Assembly: GCF_009914755.1 (NCBI RefSeq) | Contig: NC_060932.1 | DNA from: the human T2T-CHM13v2.0 reference genome, Homo sapiens | Reading direction: 5' to 3' (one strand) | Length of the DNA: 64,000 nucleotides | Shown here: positions 42,640-58,299 of the stretch, piece after piece | Layout: each line of letters opens with the position of its first letter | Position numbering within the stretch: position 1 is the stretch's first letter | Notes under the pieces: generated by a model | What the model was told of the DNA's origin: nothing | Seen by the model: the letters and a program-made list of their open reading frames with translations, nothing else | Databases searched by the model: none | Program-made: the position numbers and the translations under genes

Positions 42640-45250
42640 TCCTTTGCAGACCACCACCCTAATGCTTCCAATATGCATAACTGAATCTTTAGTTAGTATT
42701 TTAATATGCATAGTGTTATGTGTATGTACATCATATTCGCATAAGTTCTATTTTGCTATATAGAGACATACAGAGTGTGCATCCCATGACATGGAACTTT
42801 TTTATCTCTATTAACTCACAGTGATAGACAACTATGTTGCTTGCTTCCAATGCCCACTAAATGCTGCAATGAGCATCCTCATATATTTGCTTTCAGTTTG
42901 AAAGTTTCTTTGGGGTATAGACCCATTAGTAAAACTCCCAAGGCACAGGGCATGCACATACTTGATTTGACCAACGTCACCAGATTGTTCTTCGGAAGGT
43001 TGCTCCAGGCTACACACCCACCAGGCTGTGCATCCACCGGCAGTACATGGAAATTCCTGTTTCTTCTCATGTCCACAGAATAACTTCTCGTTGGGGGGGC
43101 ATTCTGATGGGTGTAAAGTGATGGTTTCCTGTTTTATTTTGCAGTTCTCTGATTACTGTGGGTAATGGTTTTGGGTTTGAACATCTTCTAACAGAAGTGA
43201 TGGTAATTAAAGTTTCTTCTTTTATTAATTGCCTCTTTAGATCTCTTGCCAATTTAGCTATGGATTTTCAATCTTTGATTTATAGGAGTTACTGGTATAT
43301 TATATTATTTTTAGTTTTAGATACAGAAATTATCTTTCCTCAAATTCCTCAACGACCTAAAGACAGAAATACCATTCAACCCAGCAAACCCATTACTGAG
43401 TATATACCCAAAGGAATAGAAATTGTTCTCTTATAAAGACACATGCATGCATATGTTCACTGCAGCACTATTCACAATAGCAAAGACATGAACTCAACCT
43501 AAATCCCCATCAATGATAGACTGGATAAAGAAAATGTGGTACATATACATCCTGGAATAATATGCAGCTATAAAAAAGAATGAGATCATGTCCTTTGCAG
43601 GAACGTAGAGGCCATTGTCCTTAGCAAACTAACACAGGAACAGAAAACCAAATACCACATGTTCTCACTTATAAGTGGGAGCTAAATGATGAGAACACAT
43701 GGACACGTAGAAGGGAACAACACACACTGGGGCCTATCGGAGGGTGAAGGGTGGGAAAAGAGAGAAGATCAGGAAAAGTAACAAATGGATACTAGGCTTA
43801 ATACCTGGGTAATGAAATAATCTGTACAACAAACCCTCATGACACACATTTACCTATGGAACAAACCTGCACATCCTGCACATGTATACCTGACCTTCAA
43901 ATTAAAAAAAATAAATAAATAAGATGTTTTCCTTGCATACCTTTGGGCACACAGACCATAAACAAACAAAATCACAAATTGATAGGAATAAAATATTTGT
44001 CATTCCCATTAGAGTTTAAGTATAATGTGACTAGAACTCTTCTGCCTTTCGCCGCAACTTTTCATGAAGTACAAATTTAGAAACAAAGAAATTATCTTTC
44101 CTCTATCTACTGTTTGCTAACTTTGTCTATAGCATCAATCATTGAATACAAATCCTTAATTGTGGTGTAATCAAATCCATAAATTTTTCACAGAACTTCT
44201 GTTTGGTTTTTGGTTCTGTTTTTTAAAAATCTGTGTATATCCTTAAATTGTAAAATCATTTCTTCTGTGGTTGCTCTCATTACCTTTGTAATTTTTCTGT
44301 TCACGTCTACGGGTAAGGATCCAATTTTAATTTTGTCTGTATACTGAGTCTGTTTTGCCCAATTCTACCAACTAATAATCTACCCTTTCCTCATTGGTTT
44401 GTAGCATCTTGTTTATTTATTTGAGACAGTCTTACTCTGTCACCTAGGCTGGAGTGCAGTGGCATGATCTTGGCTCACTCCAGCCTCCGCCTCCCAGGTT
44501 CAAGCAATTCTCATGCCTCAGCCTCCTGAGTTGCTTGGAATGCAGGCACACGTGTGGCACCTTCTTCTACCATATAACAAGTTGCATTTATATGCAAGTC
44601 CTTCCATGTTCTACTTTACTGCATTGATACTTTTTACTGTTTCTATATCAGTACCAAATTTATTTTCATTTCTGTTGCTTTATAATATGTCTGAATCTAT
44701 GGTAGGATAAATCCTCCTCCTTGTTTTTGTTATTTAAGTTAACTTATTCATACCTGGATATGTAGTTTAGAATTTTACAAGTTGCTAACATGAAACTGGA
44801 GTTTTGATTGAGATTGCATTGAATTTATAGATTACATTGGGAAGAAATGACAGTCTTACAATGTTGTCAACTCAACTATGAACACAGACTTTCCACTTAT
44901 TCAAATATTTTATATTAGCTAATAGGCTTTACTTTTTTCTTATGTATTCTTTGTTTAGAATGAATTATGTGTATTTATAGCTTTCATTACTTTTGTGAAT
45001 GACATCATATGTTGTAATCTCTATTTTTTATTGTTGTTGTTGAGAAATACTAATTTTGTAAGTTTATCTTCTATCAACAAACTTGAAAACCTCTCTCACT
45101 TGTCCTGAACGTTTTTCTGCTGATTCAGTTAATTTTTCTATCCAAATGATTATATCGAGTACAAATATTGCAAACTTCTTCTCCTCTTTCAAGCCTTACA
45201 ATCCATATACCTCTTCTTTATTTTTCTTGTTTCAGAGCATTATCTAAGTT
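42640..45250 (-). mobile_element. Old L1ME-like fragments hosting a younger L1 insertion and an Alu arm (44412-44555)
   Basis: tgcaatgagcatcctc...cattctgatgggtgtaaagtgatgg...gttttgattgagattgcattgaatttatagatt. Confidence 0.65.
43342..43922 (+). mobile_element. 5'-truncated L1PA 3' end
   Basis: acctaaagacagaaataccattcaacccagc...ataagtgggagctaaatgatgagaacac...aaaaaaaataaataaataa. Confidence 0.92.
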
Positions 45251-45734
45251 TAATTTGGACCAATAAGGTTAGAAATACAGAAAAAATTTGAAGAAAAGCG
45301 ATCACTTTATCATAAAGTTTAAAAACAGACTTATATGTATGCTGGATTTTAGCTGTAACCAGATATAAGTTGAAAATACCCTGTACTTTGAGATTTATAC
45401 ATTATCACTGAAACCTCTCAGCTTTTGGGAAATCCAATCGATTGTCCAAGATTTCTATGAATTTTCAGGGGATTACACCCTCATGGCTTTCAGATCCTTC
45501 ACCCCATGAACGTCACTCACATTTCATTTCCTGCCACTTTACTCTTCTTTCTATTACCACCAACAATGACACGGAAGTTGGTTCCCATTCTTTGACTTCC
45601 TAAGGAAGTCATGCATGTAAAAGGCTTTACTCAAAGTGTGGAGGAATCGAAGATATTTGCCTTAGAGTAAGACAATTAATTTAAAATAAAATATTAACAT
45701 TCTTGTACTTAAAAGTACTTTCGTACATTTCTTG

Positions 45735-46755
<1,021 letters not shown>

Positions 46756-47703
46756 ATACTTGAACAATCTCGACACCAAGAAGTACTCATTAGCTGTCTT
46801 TCTCTACAGACTTCAGCTCAGCCTTTCCCTCGTCCTTTCTCCTCCCTTATTTTCAAATCCTGGCTGGTACCCAAAGCAGCATATCAGGCACTTTCCTAAG
46901 CAGTCATAACCTGGATGTTGGCCTCCACATGCAGTTTCTGTTTTCACTCTTGCATTTAACATAAAGAGATCACTTGTCCCAGAACATTGGCTAGCAACAA
47001 ATATATCTGAATGAAAAATTAGGGAGAAGTATGAAGGATGATGCACAGTGTTCATTCCAAGAATCCACACTAGACATCTCTTCCTAATTCTCTTTTCTCA
47101 TTCTTAAAATGCCCAGGTCTCCTGTCTTTTCACCTTCCACCCAAAGCTTGGCCTGCTCTCTCTCAGCTCCCGCCTCTCCCTTCCTGGTGAGTAATCCCAT
47201 CTTTGCCTCCGTCCTCCCACCCGTTCTGCCTGATCTCTTCAACTTTCGTCTGCAGCCCAATTTAACTTTCTTCCAGTTTCCAAAAGATGAAGCTGATGAG
47301 GGCACCAGATGTCAAAGAATTTAGGGACTGAACACATTTATTCCCTTTTAAAGAAGGCTTAGGAGTGCTAAAGCTGTCATGAAGCTCACTTTGTATTGTT
47401 CCAGAGGGAAGAATTAAGTACAAATTAGAGACAGCTAGATTTTGAGTTAGTAGAGGAAATACGTTCTAACAAAGATTACTGCCCAGGTGTACCACTTGAT
47501 GATAGACAAGATGTACCTCCGACATTGTGAGCATTCTGTCACTTAAAATTTTCAACCAAAGACTAAAAGAATAGTTGAGAGGGTGATGGAAGTATAAATC
47601 ACTGCAATAGGCAATTGGCATAGATCCAACAAGATGATTCTAAATATAACCTTGAGTCACTGAAATGCGAACAAGAAAAGGGGAATAGAATCATCAGCTA
47701 ACA

Positions 47704-47928
47704 CAGGGATGTCCAATCTTTTGGCTTCCCTGGGCCACAGAGGAAGAAAAAGAATTATCTTGGGCCACATATAAAATACCCTAACACTAATGATAGCTGA
47801 TGAGCTTTAAAAAAATCACAAAAGAAAATCTCATAATGCTTTAAGAAAGTTCACAAATTTGTGTTGGGCTGCATTCAAAGCTGTCCTCGGCTGCATGCAG
47901 CCTACAGGCCACAGGTTAGGCAAGCTTG
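47704..47928 (+). mobile_element. MER30 (hAT-Charlie)
   Basis: cagggatgtccaatcttttggcttccctgggccac...caagcttg; perfect 8-bp TSD agctaaca (47696-47703 / 47929-47936). Confidence 0.93.
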
Positions 47929-48309
47929 AGCTAACATTTATCCAGTCCTTCCTGTGTTCTGGGCACTATGTTGCTGTCATTATCATTCTTCTTATTGTTG
48001 TTATTAAGTTATTGCGTGTTAAGTAAAATTTGACAGTAAACTTGTGCAATGTATAAGCAATGTCTTTTGCCAAACATCATATCCATTATACTTCATTTTT
48101 GACCTTTTTAAGTGGTTACCCAGAATTTGCAATATACATTTACAAGGAATCCAAGTACATTTTCAAGTAACACTATTTCACTTCAAATGATATGTCACCC
48201 TAAATATGAGTATGTCATAATAATAAAATCATCCTAATTTCTTCTCCTATCCCTTGTATCATTGCTGTCATTCATTTCACTTAAATATAAGGGCATATAT
48301 GTATTTTTC

Positions 48310-51300
48310 ATAGATAGGAAGACTCAATATTTTCAAGACATTTATCTTTTCCACCTTGATCTATAGATTCAATGCAACTCCAATAAAAATCCCAGCAAGT
48401 TGTACATAGAAGTAAACCAATTCTAAAGTTCACATAGAGAGGCAAAAGATCCACAATGCCAAATACAATATTGAAGAACAAAGTCAGAAGACTGGCATTA
48501 TCCAACTTCAAAATTTACTATAAAAGTACAGTAATCAAGACACGATATACTGGCAAAAGAAGAGACAAATAAATCGGTGGAACACAATAAAGGACCCAGA
48601 AATAACCCACATTAAGTAGTCACGCAGCACATAATAACACTTTGGTCAATAATGGATTGGATAAACAACAGTGGTCCCATAAGATTATAATGGAGCTGAA
48701 AAATTCCTATCACCTAGTGACATCACAGCCGCCACAGTGTCATAGCACAATGCATTTTCTGTGTTTATGGTGATGCTGATGTAAACAAACCTACTGTCTC
48801 ACCAGTTGTATAAAAGTATAACACATACAGTTTTGTATAGTACATTGTACTTGATAATGATCATAAGTGACTACAGTAGTGGTTTATGTATTTACCATGC
48901 TGTGTTTTTCATCATTATTTTAGAGTGTACTGCTTCTAGTTCTTAAAAAAAAAAGTTAACTGTAAAACAGCCTTAGGCAGGTCCTTCAAGAATATTCCAG
49001 AAAAAGGCATTGCTATCATAGGAGATGATAGCTCCATGCATGTTATTGCCCCTGAAGTCTTTCCAGTGGTGCAAGATCTGGGAGATGGAAGACAGTGATA
49101 TTGATGATATGACCCTGTGTAGGCCTAGGCTCATGTGTGTGTTTGTGGCTTCATTTTTAACAAAAAAGTTATAAAATTAAAAAATAAGAAAGCATGTAGA
49201 ATAAGAATATAAAGAAAAGAATTTGGACAGTTGTACCAATTAAAAATTTTATTAAGTAAAAAATTAGAGTAAGCTAACATGAATTTACTATTAAAGAAAG
49301 AAAAAATTTTAAATAAATTTAATGTAGCCCAAGTGTGCAATGTTTATAAAGTCTACAGGAGTGTACAGTAATGTCCTATGCCTTTACATTAATTCACCAC
49401 TCATTCACTGACTAACCGAGAGTGACTTCCAGTCTTGCAAGCTCTATTCATGATAGGTGCCCTATGCAGAAATGCCATTTTTAATCTCTTAATGCCATAT
49501 TTTTACTGTACCTTTTCTCTGTTTAGATACACCAATACTTTCCATTGTGTTACAATTGTCTACAGTATTCAGTAGAGTAACATGCTGCACAGGCTGGTAG
49601 CTTAGGAGCAATAGGCTAGATCACATAGCCTAGGTGTGTAGCAGGCTGTACCATCTAGGTTTGTGTGAGGTCTCTCTGTGATGTTCACACAATGACGAAA
49701 TTGCCTAATGAAGCAATTCTGAAAAATGATGCATTTTTCAGAATGTGTCCCCCTCATTAAGTGATGCATGACTGTATAGTCTACTAATTGTTGACAAAGG
49801 AGCAAGGCAATACAACAGAAAAAAGATTTTCAACAAATAGTGCTGAACAATTGGACATCTACATGCAAAAAGAAGAGAATCTAGACAGATACTTTACATG
49901 CCTCAGAAAAATTAACTCAAAATAAGTCACAGACCTAAATGTAAAGTGCACAACTATAAAACTCATAGACAATAGAAGAAAATTGAGATGACCTTGGGTT
50001 TGGCAATGACATTTTAGTTACAACACCAGAGGTACAAGTCATGAAATAAAGAGTTGACAAGCTGGACTTAATTAAAATTAAAAGTTTCTGCTTTGCAAAA
50101 GATACTGTTGGCTGGGCTCTGTGGCTCATGCCTGTAATGCCAGCACTTTGGGAGGCCAAGGCAGGTGGATCACCTGAGGTCAAGAGTTTGAGACCAGCCT
50201 GACCAACATGGTGAAACTTTCTCTGTGCTAAAAATACAAAAATTAGCCGGGTGTGGGGCCAGACACCTGTAATCCCAGCTACTCAGGAGGCTGAGGCAGG
50301 AGAATCACTTGAACCGGGAGGCAGAGGTTGCAGTGAGCCAAGATCATGCCATTGCACTCCAACCTGGGTAACAGAGCAACACTCTGTCTCAAAAAAAAAA
50401 AAAAAAAAGATACCGTCAAGAGAATGAAAAGACAAGCCACAGACTGGGAGGAAATATTTATAAAAGGCATATCTAATAAAGGATTGTTATCCAAAATATA
50501 CAAAGACCTTTTAGAACTCAACAATCTGAAAACAAACAACTCAATTAAAAATTAGGTAAAAGACCTGAGCAGATACCTCACCAAAGAAGACATACAGATA
50601 AAAAATAAGCACATGAAAACATGTTCCATGTCATGTACCATTAGAAAAATGAAAATTAAAACAGCAATCAGACACCACCATGCACCCATTGGAATGGCCA
50701 AAATTTAGAACACAGACAACACTAAATGCTAGCAAGAATGTGGGACAACAGAAAGTCTCATTCATTGCTGGGGGCAATGCAAAATGGTACAGATACCTTG
50801 GAAGACAGCTTGGCAATTTTTTACAAAACGGAACATACTGTTACTGTAAGATCCAGCAATTTTGCTCCTTGGTGTTTACTCAAAGAAGTTAAAAACTTAC
50901 GTCCACACAAACCTGCATAGAGATATTTATAGCATCTTTATTTATAATTACCAAAACTTGGAAGCAACCAAGATTTCCTTTAGTAGGCAAATGGGTAAGT
51001 AAACTGTGGTTATTCAAGACAGTAAATAACAACACGAAATATTATTCAGCACTAAAAATAAATGAGTTAGCAATCTATGAAAAGACATGGAGAAAACTTA
51101 AATACCTACTGCTAAGTGGAAGAAGCTAATTTGAAAAGGCTACATACTGTAAGATTCTAACTATATGACATTCTGGAAAAGGCAGAATTGGACACAGTAA
51201 AAAGATCAGTGGTTGCCAGAGATTAGGGAGAGGGAGCGATCAATAGGATGTATCACAGAGGATTTTAGGGAGGTAAAACTATTCTGTATGATGGTATGTG

Positions 51301-51540
51301 GTGGTTACGTGTTATTATAAATTTATCTAAACCCAAAGAATGTGCAACACCAAGGGTGAACCCTCTTGTAACTATGGACTTTGGGTGATAATAACCTGTG
51401 AATGTAGCTTTATCAATTGTAACAAATGTACCACTGGGGTAGGGAATTTTGAACATGGGAGAGGCTGTGTATATGTGGTGGCAGGGATATATGTCAAATC
51501 TCTATACCTTCTGCTTAAATATGCTATGAACCTAAAAGTG
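48310..51540 (+). mobile_element. L1MB/MC ORF2-3' end with nested Tigger3 and Alu (50110-50408)
   Basis: ggaagactcaatatt...cccagcaagtt...; 3' UTR ggtgaaccctcttgtaactatggactttgggtgataat. Confidence 0.8.
48617..49774 (+). mobile_element. Tigger3b/Golem-derived TcMar-Tigger element (~1.16 kb, non-autonomous)
   Basis: TIR-like tagtcacgcagcacataa / ttaagtgatgcatgactg followed by TA; gtggtcccataagattataatggagctgaaaaattcctatcacctagtgac. Confidence 0.88.
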
Positions 51541-51923
51541 ATTGGCACTTCTTAAATGTAAAAGAGAAACTGTTATCTGGTTCTGACCACCATATTTTGG
51601 AGTTTTCTGTTACTTGCAGCCAAATCTGACCTAATTTATACAGTCCCTAGCATGGGCTAATTTTCATCAATATTGGCCACTTCGAAATTTATTTTTCCCA
51701 TAGTAAAAATAAAAGCAATGGGCACTTATTCCTATTTTTTAAAAATAGAAATAAGTAAATTACCCTAGACTCTATAATGCTTACATTCTAGTAAATATAG
51801 CTAAGGTCATATTATATAATCATTTTTACAATCTGTTTTAAAATTTAACATTATTTCATACATTTCTACGTTTCTATTATTTTTTGAAAAAATACTCTGC
51901 AAACTGTTCAGTTAATTGGGTGA

Positions 51924-52361
<438 letters not shown>

Positions 52362-52387
52362 AGACGTTTTTAATATTAATGTATATT

Positions 52388-52982
52388 AGTGTGTCAGTCA
52401 GGGTCCAGCTAGGAGACAGAAACCACACCAGTAATTTGAATAGAAAAAAATTAATATAAAAAATCATTAACAAGCAACAAAGGAATTAACTACTAAAAAG
52501 AGATACAAGAGAATGCTAAGGAATGAGAACAGCCCAAGAAGGAACATGGAAGGGGCCCCTTCTCCAAGACTAGGTTTGTTTCAGACATCCTTAAGAGGAC
52601 AGCTGTGGTTCAGCGGAAGGTGAGAAAGCCTGAGTGGCACTGGGCCACAGCAGGCAGGTCAAGGATGACGAGCAGGAAACCACTGGCCAGCAATGAGAAG
52701 CAACACTCGCTGGTGGCTGAGCACCCTCATGTGCCCTGCAGGCAGGCAGCCGAACCAAAAAAAGCAAGAAATGAGAAAGCCCACTGAAACCCGGATGAGA
52801 AGCCCCTTCCTCCCAGAATGTGCCTCCAGTGGCCCCTACAGGCAAAAGCTCAGCATTGTGCCAGCTGGATAATGAGAAATGTTGGCAGGGTTCAGCTCTA
52901 GTAACACAAAGCAGGGAAAAGAACGGCAGACGTGGACCTAAAAGACAACACACAATAAATTGATAACTTACATAACCACCAA
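52388..52982 (-). mobile_element. ERVL-type LTR (LTR33/LTR41-like)
   Basis: tgtgtcagtcagggtccagctaggagacagaaaccacaccagt. Confidence 0.5.
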
Positions 52983-53041
52983 CCATTTATTCTTCTTCTG
53001 ATAATTGTACCCCAATTTTTCATATCTACTTTTTTGCTCTC

Positions 53042-53332
53042 TTTTTTGTTGAAATGAAGTCTTGCCCTGTCACCCAGGCTGCAGTGCAGTGACTCAATCG
53101 TCGCTCACTGCAACCTCCAACTCCCAGGTTCAAGCGATACTCGTGCCTCAGCCTCTGGAGTAGCTGAAATTATAGGTGTGCACCACCACACCTGACTAAT
53201 TTTTGTATTTTTAGTAGAGGCAGGGTTTCACCCTGTTGGTCAGGCTGGTCTCGAACTCCTGACCTCAGGTGATCCTCCTGCCTCAGCCTCCCAAAATGCT
53301 GGGATTACAGGTATGAGCTACTACACCTGGCC
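53042..53332 (-). mobile_element. AluS
   Basis: Full dimer; flanks tatctactttttt. Confidence 0.9.
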
Positions 53333-54300
53333 CTATCTACTTTTTTAGTCAATATACTCCAACCAGATTATCACATCTCCTTAGCCATGGTGATTGGTGT
53401 GAAGATGATATGGGACCCAGGCAGAGATATCTACCTGTCTCTCTATCTATCTATCTGTCTGCCTGTCTGTCTGTCTTTGTATCAAAGCTTATTCTGAATC
53501 CATAGACTGAGTCATTTGCTGGTTGAACAAGGAATAATGTCAGTCTTTTGCTGCTGGGCACAGCACACAGAGCGATGCAGCTGAAAGTATGACACCAGAG
53601 GGTCCTGATGAGTTTGTTTAGGCCTTAAAGCCAGCCATCCATGGACTTTTCAGTTACATGAGCCAATACGTTTCCACTTTTCTGTAGCTCAGTTGAATTA
53701 GGTTATTACGCTTTCTGCTACTGGCAATGGAAATGGCCTTGACTAATACAGTTCCTCAAGTGTCCACCCATATTAGTCATTTTCAAAACTCTTAATTTAT
53801 GTGGTCACGATTTTTCCCAGTAATGTTTGGACATGGCCTCTCAAATACGTCACTGTCAACATAGGGTACAGGTACGTATGACTCATTACTCATTTCATAA
53901 TACATTAAATCATTCATTCAGAAAATATTGATTGAGTGACTGATATATGCCACATGCTCTGCTAGGCACTGGGAATTGATGTGTAAACAATAAAGATATT
54001 TTCCTTATTTTTCTGGGGTGTATATCTTGTGGGTATTATGGAAAAGCAACCAGCCAATAACAATACAGGATGAATGTCATGCTGGGAGAGCCCTAGGTGC
54101 TCATGGTAGCATAGAAGTGGGACATCCACCCAGACTAAGGAGTGAGGGTGAGAGAGAGGTTGAACAAAAACTTCTCAGAGAAGATAATGTCTAAACTCAG
54201 ACTTTGAAGGTGCATTTTACTCCTTTAATAATCACTGATGTAGTCAGTACTACTCTAAGCACATTACAAATATAAACTCACTCAAATCCTCACAACAACA

Positions 54301-54779
54301 TGTGAAAGGAAAATAAATCTTGGGGCTCCCAATTCACTAACCTAAAGGGAAAAGTCAAGCTGGGAACTTCTTAGGGCCAACCTGCCTCTGAGTCTATCCA
54401 AAGCCACCCTCTGCTCACTGAGATAAATGCATATCTTATTGCCTCCTTTGGAGAAGCTAACCAGAAACCCAAAAGAATGCAACCATTTTTCTTTTATCTA
54501 CCTATGACCTGGAAGCCCCCTCCCCATTTCAAGTCTTCCCGCCTTTTCTTCGAGTTGTTCCACCTTTCCAGAGTGAACCAATGTTCATCTTGCGTATGTT
54601 GATCAATGTCTCATGTCTCCCTAGAATGTATAAAACCAAACTGTGCTTTGACCACCTTGGGCACAGGTTGTTAGGACCACCCGAGGCTATGTCATGGGCA
54701 TGTGTCCTCAACTGTGGCAAAATAAACTTTCTAAATTTCTAAATTAACTGAGACCTGTCTCAGACTTTTGTAGTTCACA
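54301..54779 (+). mobile_element. MER4A-type ERV1 solo LTR inserted in a MIR
   Basis: tgtgaaaggaaaataaatcttgggg...agggaaaagtcaagctgggaact...gttcaca. Confidence 0.88.
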
Positions 54780-55309
54780 AATCCTATGACGTAGATACTA
54801 TTATCCTCATTTTACAGATGAGGAAACTGAGGCATGGAAAAATTAAGCGGCTTTCCCCAGATTACACAGCCAGTAAGTGGCCAAGTCATAGTACAAGCCA
54901 AGGGAGGGTGAACTCCAGAGCTCATGCTTTTAATCAATTCCCCATGTTGCCCTTCAGAGGAGGATGAGAAGTATTTAATAATCAGTAGATGAAAGGAAAA
55001 AAAGGAATAGTATACATGTCATCCTGGTAAGAAAAAGGGAATGACATGGTCAACAAGTCAAAAGAAGGGCAACAAAACTGGACCTAGAGTTGGTAGGTGG
55101 CACAGGAAGGTAGTGAGAGGAGAAGGCAAATGATGCATAGCTTTGTAAGTAAGATTAAGGAACTGTGGACATTATCCTAAGAGTGAGATGTCCTCCAAAG
55201 GCTTCATAAAAGGGGAGCAGCATGATCAGATATATGTTTAAGATGACTCTGGCTAGTGTGAAAGGAAATGGGGGTGTTCTATTGGGAGGCAATTCTGATA
55301 ATCCAGGTA

Positions 55310-55655
55310 CCTTAGGCTGCCATAGCAAAATACCATGGACTGGATGGCTTAATTTATTTTCTCATAGTTCTGGGGGCTGGGAAGTCCAAAACAAAGGTAC
55401 CAGTAGATTCAGTTGCCGGTAAGGGCTCTTTGCCTGAATTGCAGGTGGCCACCTTCTTCCTGTGTCTTCATATGGCAGAGAGAGAGAGAGAGTGTACCCT
55501 GGTGTCTCTTCTTAAAAGGGGACTAATCCCACCATAAAGGCCCCACCGTCATGACCTCATCTAACTCTAAGGCCCCATCTCCAAATACCATCACATTAGA
55601 GGTGAAAGACTCAGTATATGAATTTGTGAAAGATACAAACAGTCAGCCCTTAACA
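55310..55655 (-). mobile_element. MLT1A-like LTR within an L2
   Basis: ggctgccatagcaaaataccatggactgg...aaggccccatctccaaataccatcacatt. Confidence 0.8.
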
Positions 55656-57000
55656 CCAGGTAAGAGATTCCAATGGAATCAATGAAAAGTATCAGGCCAC
55701 TGGGGATGAGATGACAGATTACGGATGCCCAGATTTGAGACATATTTAGGAAGTAAACTTGACAGAACACTGAAATGGTTTGATATACTCTTAAGGAAGA
55801 AAGAGAATAAGGATACCTAGATTGGCTTGGCACCATTCACTAAGGTAAGGAATAAAGAAAGATGAACATGTTAATGACTTCTGTCTCTGATCCACTGGAC
55901 ATTGAGAGTACCTGGAGGAAATTCTAGTAAGAAGATGAGCACATGACTCTGAGGTTGAGGGTGTCTTGCACGGGAATAAAGATATGAGGCTCATAAGCAG
56001 ATAGTAACTTTAGCAGTGAAGGAACAGGATGTCATTTGTAAAATTATTACTGAATAAAAAGAGAAAAAAGCCAAAGGCAATCAAAAAATGCTTGCAAAAT
56101 GGTCAGATAAAGAGGAGCTCATTAAAGAGACTGAACAAGCAGGGATAGAGGTGGGAAGAAAGGGTATCAGTGAAGGAGATGGGCAACGGTGTCAAATCCC
56201 ACTGAAAAACATACATTTAGGATTGAGCCTTGGAAATTAATTTAGCCATAAGAATTTCATTGTTGATGTCAGCAAGGACAATTTCACTAAAGTGAGGTGA
56301 GTGGGATCCACATTACATTCATGTGAAGAGTGAATAGAAGTAAAAAAGTGGAAATAAGTTAACATTTTTCTTTTAAGAAATTTCTTGTGAAACAAAGGAA
56401 GAGGTAGCTAGGAAGACTTGAGTTTGAAGGGGACATATTTAAAATACGTGTTGGACATATTTAAAAGTTAACAGGAAGAAGCCAGTTAATAGGGAAAGGT
56501 TGGATTTATAAGAGAAAAAGAAGGCAATCAATTGATAAGATCCCTGAGAAGACAGAGCTAGATGGGGTCCAGAGCAGAGATAGAAAGATTAACCTGCAAC
56601 AGGAGGTGGGACATGCCCTTTGTGATAAGAGGGGGAAAAGGCAACGAGGGGGGAAGGAAGATGTCCGCAGTTTGGAGGATAAGAGATTGAAGATATCTGA
56701 GGACTCCTATTTTCTTTGTGAAAATGGAGGCCAGCCCATCTACTACGTGTAATGGTAGAGGGGGTTTGAGGAGTGTAGGGGAGTTTTAGGAGTGCAGGGA
56801 AGGCCTGAAATAATCCCTGAGGAAAATAAGCAAGAACTGATGAGAGAAACAACGGAAGGGCTGCACTGAGGACCCAATTGCGGTCAGGCCCACAGTTGTT
56901 GAGAGGCACAGGGAGCTTTAAGTCGAGGAATTTCCTCCAGCAGCCCTCACCAGCCTCCGTGCAAGAGCAAAGAAAACAGGCAAAGCATGTTAGTGCCGTC
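55656..57000 (-). mobile_element. L2 fragments
   Basis: gatttgagacatatttaggaagta..., ggtgtcaaatcccactga... Confidence 0.55.
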
Positions 57001-57204
57001 TTTAGATTTCCTACTCTTTGCTCAGTGTGATCATTTGTAGTTTTCTAAAAACTCAATCATCCACTTCAGTGAGATTTAAAAACTTAATTAGCATTAACCC
57101 TTTGTGGTAACTCTTTATGAATTTATAATGCTGTCTTTTGCAATAGTTTTGTTTTTTTTTCTAATTTCCTTTGACAACATTTCTGAAAAGCTGGGATATC
57201 CTGT

Positions 57205-57680
57205 GCATCATTTCCCTATGGCTTTTGTAACAAATCACCCCAAACGTGGTGGCTTAAAACAACACAAACTGATACTGTCACAGTTACCTAGGTCAGAAAC
57301 CCGGCAGCAGTTTCACGGGTGTCAGCACGGCCACACTCACTCCAGGGTCAGTAGGGAAGAATCTTGTTTCCTTGCCTTTTCTAGCTTCTTAGAGTCCCAT
57401 CCACTGCATTCCTCAGTGCATGACCCCTTCCTCATTCTCCAAAGCCAGCAGTGTAGCATGTTGCTGGAGTGGTCCCGTTGCCTTCTTCTGTCTAATCAAA
57501 TCTCCCTCTGCCTTCCTTTCGTGATTGTATTTAGGGCCCACCTCAAAACTCCAGGGCAATTTCCCCAACTCAAGACTTAATTGGATCACATGTGCAAAGT
57601 CTCTTTTATGATATAAGAGTCACAGGTTCCAGAGATTAGGGCCTGGGTGTCTCTGGGGGTCATTATTCAGCCTTCCACAT
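57205..57680 (-). mobile_element. MLT1D-like LTR
   Basis: gtaacaaatcacccc..ggtggcttaaaacaacacaaa...cacaggttccagagattagg...cattattcagccttccaca. Confidence 0.8.
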
Positions 57681-57888
57681 TCCATGGTCTGTGTAAGACC
57701 TGCCAGTTCTCCCCGGCACTAGAAGATGTCTGGAAACACTAAGCCCAATAGGAAACAGCTACTGATGGCAACCTGTCACCCTCTGAAGTCCCTGGGTGGG
57801 GACAAGGGACAGGTCATCAGGCTAGCATGCAGATTCCAAGAAGGGAGATGACTAGAAAGCTTGAATCCTATGAACTCATTTTGACCTG

Positions 57889-58299
57889 TGTTAAAGCCAA
57901 CTCAACATGGCCTGAGAATGACTTCGTACTTCTTGAGACCTTGTGTATGAACTGCAACCTAGCTTAATAGGTAGGCAAGGCTGAAAACTTAACTTAGGAG
58001 TGTGTGTCTGTAACAATAGCTGAGTCTTGGCCAATCCCAGCGGCCATACACTGGGGACTGTTCAAACGGTGTTCAAATAAGGCAAACGCAGAGCAGTAAC
58101 CAGTTGAGCCGTACTGTACCTTGCTTCCGATTTCTGTGTGTCATTTCCCTTTTTTTGTCTATAGATCTTCTTCCACCACGTGGCGTGCTGCAGTCTCTCT
58201 GAATCTACTGTGATTCTAGCGGCTGCCCGATTTGCGAATGGGTCATTGCTCAATTAAACTCCTTTAAATTTAATTTGGCTGAAATTTTTCTTTTTTTCA
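57889..58299 (+). mobile_element. MER57-type ERV1 solo LTR
   Basis: tgttaaagccaac...gagtcttggccaatcccagcggcc...tgttcaaataaggcaaacgc. Confidence 0.8.

Noticed and set aside
57104-57580. 158-aa ORF (and the 144-aa ORF at 61312-61746)
   Set aside because: Lie over an MLT1 LTR and the duplicated segment respectively; no domain similarity
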